A model generated the notes under the pieces. The model ran no database searches and was not told the origin of the DNA. It was given only the letters and a program-made list of their open reading frames with translations. Of a stretch of DNA of 42,836 nucleotides, positions 6,231-15,500 are shown one piece after another. This stretch comes from a virus. A program made the position numbers and the translations under genes. The stretch covers positions 1 through 42,836 of IMG/VR virus record IMGVR_UViG_3300045988_108122. One strand, 5' to 3'. How positions within the stretch are numbered: position 1 is the stretch's first letter; each line of letters starts with the position of its first letter.

Positions 6231-7448
6231 TCACCCTATCCAAAATTCAGCACCATTTGGTAATACTAAATGTCCAGATGCATTGTATTTGGGTATTTTA
6301 TTTGCAGCATTGCCGACTTCGCTATTGGGCACATAATCCATTTCAGGAAGTTGATTTGTTGGTACTTTTCCATCTACAAGGTCTGCTTTGTTTTGTAATG
6401 GTTCTTCTATTATTTTTTGAACCTGTGCCGCGACAGCCTCTTTTGTCTTTAATGGCGTCATTGCTTTGTTATCAACTACACCAGCAATGGCTTCATCTGT
6501 TGTCGCTATACCAGTAATACCAGCTAAACCTTCTATGCTATCAGCAATACCCTGCGCTCTGTCTGCCTGCTCTGTAGCTGTAGTTGCTGAGCTAGCAGCG
6601 CTGTTAGCACTTGCTTCTGCAGCTTCTTTTGAAGTTTGCGCAGCCGCCATACTATCCGCAGCGCTTGAAGCAGATTGAGCCGCAGCCTTTTTAGAATCCT
6701 CGGCAGCAGCGACTTTACTATCTATTTCAGCAGTAATATTCTCAACTGTTTTCTGCGCAGCATCTTCTGCCGCAGTAGCCGCAGCTTCAACAGCGGTATT
6801 TTTAGCAGCAACAGCTTCGTCCTTTATTTCCGTAGTCTCATTTACTGCAGCATCCTTTATAGCGGTCAGTTCTTCGATTGCAGTATTTTTAATATTTGTT
6901 GTTTCGTTAACGGCGCTCTCTTTGACCTGTTTCGTTTGCTCTAATACATCTTTAGCTAAAGGTAACACCCTAGCAGGGTCCTCCGTCAGTACAAGCCCAT
7001 CACCAGCATCATTGATTCTAAAACTCATTCCAGCCTTTACCGGAAAAGTATTATTAAAATTATTTACATCAACACCAGCAGATAATGTTCTATTCAATTT
7101 TTCATTTAATTGCTGACATATAAAAGTTAGATCGTCAAAAGACAATTCAATATTCTCTGCAAAAAACGGACCTTGATTAACCAGATTCATTAGCTGATAC
7201 AATGGCAGCTCACGATAAATAGTTATTTTATGACCATCAGGCAGCGGATCGCCATTAGCTGGATAAGTAACTGTTTTAGCTCCAAGATCAACAGAAAAAT
7301 TCTCCGTTTCTACGGCAACGCTATCATCACCTGTAATATATACTTTTATATATTCAGGATGATCCGTCATCTGAAATGTTATTGGGAATTTCGTTGTCGC
7401 TCCATTACCAACATAAATATCTTTAACTGTCGTATTCTGTACCGTCAT
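6231..7448 (-). CDS. Tail fibre protein (405 aa)
   Basis: The N-terminus (YVGNGATTKFPITF) is typical of podovirus fibre anchors. It also has a long Ala/Glu coiled coil and a C-terminal tip. Confidence 0.75.
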   Translation of the reverse strand: MTVQNTTVKDIYVGNGATTKFPITFQMTDHPEYIKVYITGDDSVAVETENFSVDLGAKTVTYPANGDPLPDGHKITIYRELPLYQLMNLVNQGPFFAENIELSFDDLTFICQQLNEKLNRTLSAGVDVNNFNNTFPVKAGMSFRINDAGDGLVLTEDPARVLPLAKDVLEQTKQVKESAVNETTNIKNTAIEELTAIKDAAVNETTEIKDEAVAAKNTAVEAAATAAEDAAQKTVENITAEIDSKVAAAEDSKKAAAQSASSAADSMAAAQTSKEAAEASANSAASSATTATEQADRAQGIADSIEGLAGITGIATTDEAIAGVVDNKAMTPLKTKEAVAAQVQKIIEEPLQNKADLVDGKVPTNQLPEMDYVPNSEVGNAANKIPKYNASGHLVLPNGAEFWIG

Positions 7449-7459
7449 ATGCTCGCCCC

Positions 7460-7618
7460 CTATATTTTTGCTGAGGCCGGAGCATCTTTAACCACAGTAG
7501 CATTTAACATACTGGCTATGGTTGATGCTATCTTTAACTTCTCGTCCAAAGATGCAGCCTTCTTCTGCTCCTCCAACAGTAAATTTATTTGGTCTTGTAT
7601 GATAGCCTCTTTATCCAT
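7460..7618 (-). CDS. Small hypothetical protein (52 aa)
   Basis: The ATG at 7618 has a GGAG RBS. It lies just upstream of the fibre gene on the same strand and falls below the ORF-track cutoff. Confidence 0.45.
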   Translation of the reverse strand: MDKEAIIQDQINLLLEEQKKAASLDEKLKIASTIASMLNATVVKDAPASAKI

Positions 7619-7622
7619 AATT

Positions 7623-7804
7623 TCACTCCTGTTCTATGTACTGGTGTTCATCAAACCAACGAACTTTTACGCCGGTTGCCTGCAAATCCAAGATATGTTT
7701 TTCAACAGCTTTATTACATCAGAATGACGTTTCCCAAAATGCTCCGCCACCTGCCGACTAGAAACAACTACCTGCCTGTCAATGATTTGCACTAAATTTT
7801 CCAT
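7623..7804 (-). pseudogene. Rha-family regulatory protein N-terminal fragment, reading frame broken at an A5 run
   Basis: The ATG at 7804 has a GGAAGGAGAG RBS. VVSSRQVAEHFGKRHSDVIK matches the Rha signature. Frame 0 stops at 7667. A 1-nt shift at the run (plus-strand T5, 7698-7702) continues as KHILDLQATGVKVRWFDEHQYIEQE to 7623. Confidence 0.5.
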
Positions 7805-7824
7805 AAATCGTCTCTCCTTCCAAA

Positions 7825-7852
7825 TAAAAAAGCGCCTACCGAAGTAAGCGCT
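7825..7852 (-). terminator. Intrinsic terminator with UUCG tetraloop (minus strand) directly before the Rha-like/fibre block
   Basis: The stem pairs 7832-7839 with 7844-7851. Its one mismatch is a G.U wobble only on the minus-strand RNA. A U6 run follows. It is a near-copy of the hairpin at 29100-29127. Confidence 0.7.
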
Positions 7853-7881
7853 TTCTATTAAGTTCTAACTAACTTTATGAT

Positions 7882-7920
7882 ACTATTTTAACTCATTTTT
7901 ATAGTGGTTTTGTCGGATAC
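7882..7920 (-). promoter_or_regulatory. Conserved late-leader box, copy 1 (minus-strand reading GTATCCGACA-N16-GAGTTAAAATAGT)
   Basis: It is one of three copies. The TGTCGG and ACTATTTTAACTC blocks are 29 nt apart, start to start, in all three. Confidence 0.55.
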
Positions 7921-7972
7921 ATTTTTAATTTTTTTACATCGCCTCTGCTCTCATATCCAATAACCTTACATT

Positions 7973-8011
7973 ACTATTTTAACTCTTGTTAAATGGCATT
8001 TTGTCGGAAAC
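7973..8011 (-). promoter_or_regulatory. Conserved late-leader box, copy 2 (GTTTCCGACA-N16-GAGTTAAAATAGT)
   Basis: It has the same two conserved blocks and spacing as copies 1 and 3, and lies 91 bp from copy 1. Confidence 0.55.
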
Positions 8012-8141
8012 TTTTTAAAATTTTTTCTTAATCTAAAGTAAGGTTAAATAACTAAACTAAATTGACAAACTATTATAATTTTAGTAGTATAATAATAGAT
8101 AAAAACAACAACAGTTATATAATAGTATAGAGGTGGTATAT

Positions 8142-8279
8142 ATGTGGACTGGAACATGTGGATTGTTAGAAGGTAAAAAAAATGTACTTTTACCTGAGTT
8201 TAACTCATTCCAAAATACAAATAATAATAAAACCGAAGATACTAATTGCAAAAACAATGATAATAAAGAAAAAAAATAA
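8142..8279 (+). CDS. Small hydrophilic peptide (45 aa), uncertain
   Basis: An AGAGGTGG RBS lies 5 nt before the ATG. The ORF ends 1 nt before a bidirectional terminator. The composition is low-complexity and N/K-rich, so it could be non-coding. Confidence 0.3.
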   Translation: MWTGTCGLLEGKKNVLLPEFNSFQNTNNNKTEDTNCKNNDNKEKK

Positions 8280-8307
8280 AGAGCGGAAATCCGCTCTTTA
8301 TTTTTTT
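8278..8307. terminator. Bidirectional intrinsic terminator between convergent genes
   Basis: The stem AAAGAGCGG / CCGCTCTTT has an A-run on one side and T7 on the other. Confidence 0.75.
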
Positions 8308-9169
8308 AACAATTATTATCTCTTCTATACTTTTTCTCTTGATTATACCACTTATTATAAAGTTTTATAATTTCTGTATAATATTTTCTTGCAGGATCAT
8401 CATTTCTAATAGCTATAAAAAAATACAGATTTTTTACATATTCTAAAAATGTTTGATGTAATGAAGGGTATACATAGTCGCTTTCAGCAAGATTATTATT
8501 AAAATACATACACAAATATTCCAATTTATTTAAAACTTTATCCATCATAGAAACAGTTTTAAAGTAAAGATCATTAATCCATAATTCATTTATAGATTCT
8601 ACTGTAAGATCGTTTGATTTATTTTTAAACTCATAAAACTTTAAATACAAATCAATTTCAGATAAATTATATCCTATTGTAAGAACTTCTATATAAATTT
8701 CAGGTTGTACTTTTTTCCGAAAAATATTAATAAGACATTCTCTTCTTTCTTCGCCAAATAAACCATCCATCTCTTTTTTATCAAATCTTATTATTTTTTC
8801 GTTATTTAAAAATAGAATTTCATCAATGAATCCTATTTTTTGTAAATATGAATTAAAAGCATGTAATTCCATAAGGATATCAGTAGCATATAATTTAGCC
8901 ATTTCAAAAGCATTTTCTTGAGCAAGTTGTTTATTTCTTGTTTCATTTTCTAACTTTATATAATAAACCTGCACTGCAACGAAAATAAGCGAAATACCTG
9001 TTGCTATAGCTCCTAATGATGAAAAGAAATTAGTATTTTCTGTTAGAATTTTATGAGCAACAGGAAAATAATATAAACCTACAACAGCCGATATAACTAA
9101 TGCACTAATTATAGATATTTTATTTTTAGACAGCAAACAAAATATTTTATTTTTAAATTCTGCAATCAT
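8306..9169 (-). CDS. Two-pass membrane protein with a large cytoplasmic domain (287 aa), unknown function; accessory (moron) gene
   Basis: It has two N-terminal TM segments and very AT-rich codon usage unlike the flanking virion genes. It is insulated by terminators on both sides. Confidence 0.7.
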   Translation of the reverse strand: MIAEFKNKIFCLLSKNKISIISALVISAVVGLYYFPVAHKILTENTNFFSSLGAIATGISLIFVAVQVYYIKLENETRNKQLAQENAFEMAKLYATDILMELHAFNSYLQKIGFIDEILFLNNEKIIRFDKKEMDGLFGEERRECLINIFRKKVQPEIYIEVLTIGYNLSEIDLYLKFYEFKNKSNDLTVESINELWINDLYFKTVSMMDKVLNKLEYLCMYFNNNLAESDYVYPSLHQTFLEYVKNLYFFIAIRNDDPARKYYTEIIKLYNKWYNQEKKYRRDNNC

Positions 9170-9267
9170 ACACAGCTCTTCTTTCCACGATAGTAAATAC
9201 TTTTTATATTATACCATATAGTTTATAAATGTGATATAATTGTGAAAAACGAAAGAAGGAAAACATC

Positions 9268-9510
9268 GTGGAAACCAAATTGCTTAATTTTTCACTTTCA
9301 GCATCTATTCTTTTTATGAATTTATCCATATTGGGGTTAGATGATACTACATTTCATTATATATTTACCGCTGTTTTTTTTATGCCATACTTTATTTACT
9401 CAAGGAAAGCCGATTTTTCGTCAATCCACAAAAACATTTTAACTGTTTATTTAGTTCTTCTTGCCATGTCTATCCTGGGCAACTGGTTTCAGCACATCGG
9501 GTTAATTTAA
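9268..9510 (+). CDS. Small integral membrane protein (80 aa, about 3 TM)
   Basis: It starts at a GTG with a GAAGGA RBS. It is divergent from 8306-9169 and followed by a strong hairpin terminator. An extended -10 (TGATATAAT) lies upstream. Confidence 0.55.
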   Translation: METKLLNFSLSASILFMNLSILGLDDTTFHYIFTAVFFMPYFIYSRKADFSSIHKNILTVYLVLLAMSILGNWFQHIGLI

Positions 9511-9514
9511 GTAT

Positions 9515-9545
9515 AACCCCCTCGAATTTGAGGGGGTTGTTTTTA
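9515..9545 (+). terminator. Intrinsic terminator
   Basis: The stem AACCCCCTC (9515-9523) with GAGGGGGTT (9530-9538) is followed by GTTTTTA. Confidence 0.7.
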
Positions 9546-12500
9546 TTCATCACGTTCTTTTTTGGGTCTACGTCGGAACAAATCCTCGGTTCTCGGTGTC
9601 ATGTCACCGTATAAAATATCCCAAGCATTAAAGAACCATTTGCTAAGTTGGCTCGGCAACCCTTTATAGAGAAGAGCTAAATTAACAACCGGCTCAACAA
9701 GCTCTTCGTTTTCTTTTTCACCTCTAACCACTTCACCAATAGTCGAAGTAGAAGTAAATACTGTATTCAACGAAGACTCTATCGGAGAGATGCGATATGG
9801 GAAAGTCTGCATATCAAACATTCTCCTTACTCCAAAATTTACTCCCTGCCCTATTGGCCCTCCTAATGTAAACGGATAAGAAAACAGTTCTGACAGGAAA
9901 TCATTGTAATCGTCATCATCATCATCAACAAATGGATTTTCTCCAGCAAGAAGAAGTGAAAACAACGTAAATGTAACCCATTTTCCAAAGACAAAACTAG
10001 TTATTTCTTTCGCCATCTTTTTATATGCCTTGTCCGAAAAGTTTATTTCCTGACGTTTAAATGTAGCATACCATTGGTTGAATTGTGTGTTGAAAAAAGT
10101 TTGAAACATGAAAAATATTTTTGTAGCTCCTTTAGTTCTTACCATAGAAGAAACATCTGTCGCTCTTGTAGAACCCATTGTTTTTCTAATAATGCTATCC
10201 GCATAGTCTATGGCTTCCTGTTGAGTTTTTCCTCTATTCATCTGTCGTGTATATGCGCCGTACCATATTGGCATTGCTGTCAAACCATCTGTAAATGCCA
10301 TTGACATATTAGACCATTCCAATACTTTTTTTGTCATGCCATCCAATTTATTGTTTTCCATCAGCTCCCTTGTTGTAAAATCAGTGCCTTTGAATCTTTC
10401 AGCCATCATTGGCGACAGTTCCTGTACAGTATTCCACATTTCTCTTGCTGCTCGTGGCGAGTTGCAGCCTAACATAATTCCATTAGTAATAAAGTCCTGT
10501 AACGCCTCTATATGGCCATATCCTTCAACAGTGTTACCATAAAGCGCTATATTAGCAAGATTCTGGGTATTTATCTTAAGGCTCATACCAATCATATAAG
10601 GAATAACCTTACCACGCAGTTTATCTGCTACATCTCCTATAAATGTTTCAGCTGCCGAAGTATTATACATACCTTCAGGCCTAGCAGTCACATCTATTTG
10701 CTCTTTTAGTGCTTTAAAAGTTGCTGTGCCAAGCTTAGCTCTCATAAGACCTGTTATATCTTTATCATTAAATATACGGTTAGCACCCTGAATAACTTTT
10801 CTAAAATGCAAGTCATGGATGGACGCATTAATCTCTCTTATCCCTGCATCCAATGTAAGATCAACAGGGTATTTTGCTCCTACTGTTCTTGCTTTCATGC
10901 TTCCGGTATTAGTATGCATACCATATTTTAACTGAGGTTCATTTGTTTCAGTAAACGGCGTATTGCCTGCTGGAGTACTTCCTCCCCTTATATCTCTAAC
11001 GAGCGGGAAATATCCTCCTCTAAATATCACAATATTACCGTCTGCAAGAATAAGTTCCCTAGGTGTCGCTTCCTGTTTTTTAGGAGTAAAGCCTTTAGTC
11101 TGTCGTTCATTCTCCGCTTTTTCCGACCATTTATATTCTGCGATATTTATTAACTCTTGTGCCATAACTACATCCTGGCTTGTTAAGTTATTGCTAAGAA
11201 ATCTAAGAATGTTTTCTGCAGTAGTTTTCCTTGCAACTTCATCAGATACAGTCTCAGACGCCCTTACCCATAATGGCGAATTTTCAAGCCCAATCGGTGG
11301 AGTATCACACAATCTCCTAAAACTCTCCTGAGTTCCTGAATACACAAGCATTTTGACAAGATTTGTTCTGTCAATCTTTAATGGTTCACCATCTATATCT
11401 GTGCCTAATTCTGAATAACTTACCTTTGCATAGACATCACCAACAGCTTCTTTCCAACGTTTAGACGCAATTTCAAACTTATTTGCTAAATAAGCCAAGT
11501 CAACGCTTTCAAGGTCAAGCTTATGCTTTAGCGGAAGATAAAGCATATTGTAAAAGAATCCTTGCTTCCCTTTGTCGAGAATTTCATATATGCTGTCGGA
11601 TGTTAACCCTTGAGCTATTCCTTTTTTAATCAGGTTTACTTTTGCGTTTTCTCCTGGAACAAGCTTTTCAGTTGTTTTCAGTTTTTGAAGGTGCAATAAC
11701 GTTTCTTCCTTGAATTCATTAAAATCCTTTTTAGTTTCTAATAGGCCTACGCCTTTTTCCTGTTTTGCCAGAGCCCGGATATTTTTTATAGCGTCAACCA
11801 CATCAAAGTATTGATTGCGCGTTAATGCAGTAGGATTAGAAATGTCAACAGTTTCATCGAATAGCCACTCAGCAATATCAGCGTTTCCTAAAAACTTATT
11901 CATAGCATTAACGTATTGTTCAAGCGTCATTTTTTTATTAGCCGGATCGTATCCTTTTAACTTTATACCCATTCTTGCAAACAATGCTCCTGCTTGAGAC
12001 AGATGGTCATCATTAACCCAAGTTTCTTTTTTTGCGTTCTTAGCCCTTTTTAAAGCTCTTCCCGCCTTATCTACAGCAAGTCTAGTTTTCATACTTTCCA
12101 TAACCAGAGCATGGTTTAATGCCTGTAAACGTTTCTGAGTTAAGGCTGTTTCCATATCTCCATCTCTTACAGCAACAGCAGCTTTAGCTGCGGCGTTACG
12201 CTCTGCAACAATAAATTTTTGCACTCTTACTGAATCTTTTATTGACATATTATCAATCATTTCAACTGCAGCATTAATAGCTTGTTGCCTACGTGCTTTA
12301 GCTAGTTTCATTTTAGTTTCTGTGCTACGCTGTTTGGCGAGAATGCCAGCCGCAGCATCTTCAATGATTTGCTGTTCAACCCCTAGAACCAATCCACTTT
12401 CATCACTATAGAAAGCTTCCTTAGTCGCAAGTTCAGCTACCTGTCTTTCAAGCACTATGTCAGGGTACTTCTCATTAACAACTTTATCAACAGCATTTTT

Positions 12501-15500
12501 TATAGCCTGTGCTTCCGTAGGATTTACAAGAACAGATTTTGCAAAGTCTTCTCCACTAGCATATTCATTTTGCTCTGCCACTGCAGAAAACAATAACATA
12601 TATTCCTGTTCTTTATCGGTCAGTACTTCTTCGGAGTTCTTTGCTCTACCAATTAGCTCTTGATATTTTCGCGCAGCTGTAGCAGCACTTTTTTCTCCTA
12701 ATGTTTCGATCATTTGTCTTTCCGCTAAATAAAGTTTTTGACCTTGAACATTTTCTTTAATCGAAGGAGTAACTTTATCTCTGTATGCCTTTATTTCCGC
12801 ACTACGTTCTTTAGTGAAATTTTTAAGGCTCTCTTTCGTCAAGCTTTCAACAGCTTTATCATAGGCATTTTCTATTGTTTTAGCAAGTTGTATTTTAGAC
12901 TTCTCGGAAAGGGCATCTATAATAGTAGCAGGAAGCTTGGCAAAATATCCGTCTAGCTTTTGTTGCTCTATGATAGCCTCCTCACTTGCAAGCGCTCTGT
13001 CAAATACTGCTCTTACCTCCGGAGTAATCTCCTTTGCATATTCTTTATTAGCATCAACAAAATCTTTGATCGATTTATAAATACCAAGTAGCCACTTTTT
13101 CCAGTTTGCAAATATCCGTCGCAAGTCTTTACTTGGTGCAATACCCAACATAAAATACTGTTCCGCCCCAGTTGCCCAACGTTCATAAATTGCTGTTTTG
13201 CGGTCAAACTGCTCTTTGGTAAGATCACCATCATATTTATCAAGTTCAGCCCATTCTTCTTCACTGCTTTCTGCATATTCAAGGAGTGTCTGCCTATCTT
13301 TACGCATCTGTTCTGTTGCGGTAGGAAGCTTACTGCGCCTCATAATATTCACTGACAAATAGTGTCCCAACGCCTCGTGAATAACAGTACTAGCATTGGC
13401 CCCTTCAAACAGGCTGATAATTGCTTTACCTTCTTCGTCCCAGGTGATAGCACCTTTAGTTTTCCCTTCGGCCTGGTAGTATCCCTGCATTTCTTCTCGT
13501 CTCTTGCGGAGTGCATTTTCATCTGGTATACTATTATTAAGAAGACTGCCAAGGTTGTTGCCTTTGCTAGCGGAATCGCTGCTAGGAGATTGTAACAACT
13601 TGTCAGTCTTAACAAAACCGCTATCTGTTGAAAACGGCATGAGCCATTCGGGCTTCTCGTTTTCAATCAGTTTAGCGGTTTTTTCTTTATTGATGTATCT
13701 TAATTTTCCGTTTTCAATTTGCTTAGCAAACCATTCATAGCGTGGTTCGCCTGTCTTATTGTCAGTCTTACCATATGCGCTTATAATTTCGTTCATAACA
13801 TATTTATTGCTTTTATTATCTACTTCAAGCTCAAAAGGCACTACAATGGTTGCTCCATTTTTAGATTTTAAATCTAGAGCAACTATTTTTCTTTTTGCAC
13901 CATTCTTACCATCATAGGTATCAAATATCATTAAGGGATCAGTTAATGCCCTAGGTATCTGCTTCACTATATCAGCAGACATATCACTTTTATGTTTTCC
14001 ATTTAAAACTTTATCAAGATTTTCAACAGACATATCTACCGGCAATATTTTAGCACCAGCAACTTCTAACGCAAGAGGTGTCTGCATTACTCTAATAGTT
14101 TTATCTACCAATTTTCCTGATATAAACTTATCAATATTAGCAGCGAAGTTATTTTCATCCTCAAGCAATTTTTCGTTAGCGCTTTTAGTTTGCATATATC
14201 GGCCCTTAGGCGTACTGACAAAACGCTTGAAGCTTACAGGGTTATCCCTAAAATACTGCATAGGGTCATCAGGATATTGAGTTCTTGCGGCACTTTCCAA
14301 CAACACCATCGCTTGTAATGCTTCTTGTTTTGTTGCCCCAATCTGTCGAAGTTCGTTTACCTTTTCGGTTTTCCAATTTTCAAATTCATCTAAATTATAT
14401 TTTGCTTTCTGATATTCCTTAGCTATCTCTTTTTGCAGACGCTCATTATTCACTGAATAACCATCATCTTCAAATGTTATACCATCTTTGACAGCATTCA
14501 TAAAATCTGCATTCTTTGCTACCATTGCTTCAAAGTTTCCTACTAAAATATCTATGGTCTGTCCCGACTTTGCTGCTTGGACAATATCTTCTTGTTCTAA
14601 TCCAAGCGTTTCTGCGACATTATTAATATTTTGTGTCTGAGCATACTGATACAAAGTCTCGCCGTCCACCTGAACAAATTCGCCTTGCAAATTGGCATTT
14701 ACTACAGACGCTGCATAAGCAGGCTCCGCTCCGCTTTTTTTGATTCGCTCTGCACCTTCTTCAAGCATATTAAGCCGCTCTTTATGTATTTCTTTATCAA
14801 CGTGTTTATTGATATTGTCAGTTAGAACTTTCACCCCGCCAAAACCAGCACCAAACACACCACCAATTAAACCAGAATAAATAGCATCTTTAGACATTTC
14901 AGGGAAAGCTTTAATTATTTTATCAGTAAGTTCTCCAATGCTGGCATTTGGATTCTTCGCTATAATATCGCTTACTCCTTCGGGGAACTCCTGCAACGCT
15001 TCTGTAAACCCTTCCTCTACGCCGCGTTTAATTATCTCGGTAAATTTTTGAATGTACCCTTTTCCGCCAGGAACTTTATCAAGGACTTTTTCCATACCTG
15101 TTTTTTCTAATATGACTTGGCCTATAACATTTGTAATTAAAGGCAATTTCATATCTTCAAATTTTACGCCTTCTGCATTTAACCGTTCATACTGACTACC
15201 AGCTATTTGTGATCCCATAAAGGTTGTAGCTACAACAGGTGCACCAGCTAACGCAAGACCAAATTGAGCAATAGTTGATGGTGCAGCTTCCGCCACATCA
15301 AGTCCAAACTGCCCAAGCGCAGTATCACCTTTAACAGGCGTTCTTTGTAACAAAGGAGATTTTGCAACTTCTTCTAAAGACACAACTTTCTCTCTACCAG
15401 TACTGCCAAGTACATTTCCTGCAGTATATAACGCTCTGAATGCTAACGGCATATTAATTCCTAAGGTTTGTTCGTCTTGTGCTGCACTCTCATTAAATTT

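Noticed and set aside
6257-7727. A series of plus-strand ORFs antisense to the tail-fibre gene and its upstream small genes
   Set aside because: The Ala/Glu-rich coiled-coil coding sequence keeps the antisense frames open. They have no RBS, and the minus-strand genes explain the region.
7882-8011. Reading the conserved boxes as ordinary sigma-70 promoters
   Set aside because: The best -35-like element (CCGACA) lies 20 nt from the TAAAAT hexamer in all three copies, outside the usual 16-18 nt window. I keep them as regulatory boxes of unknown mechanism rather than calling them canonical promoters.
8062-8093. TTGACA and TATAAT hexamers upstream of the 45-aa ORF as its promoter
   Set aside because: The spacing is 20 nt, or 6 nt to the other TATAAT. 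In such AT-rich DNA, hexamer matches are expected by chance.
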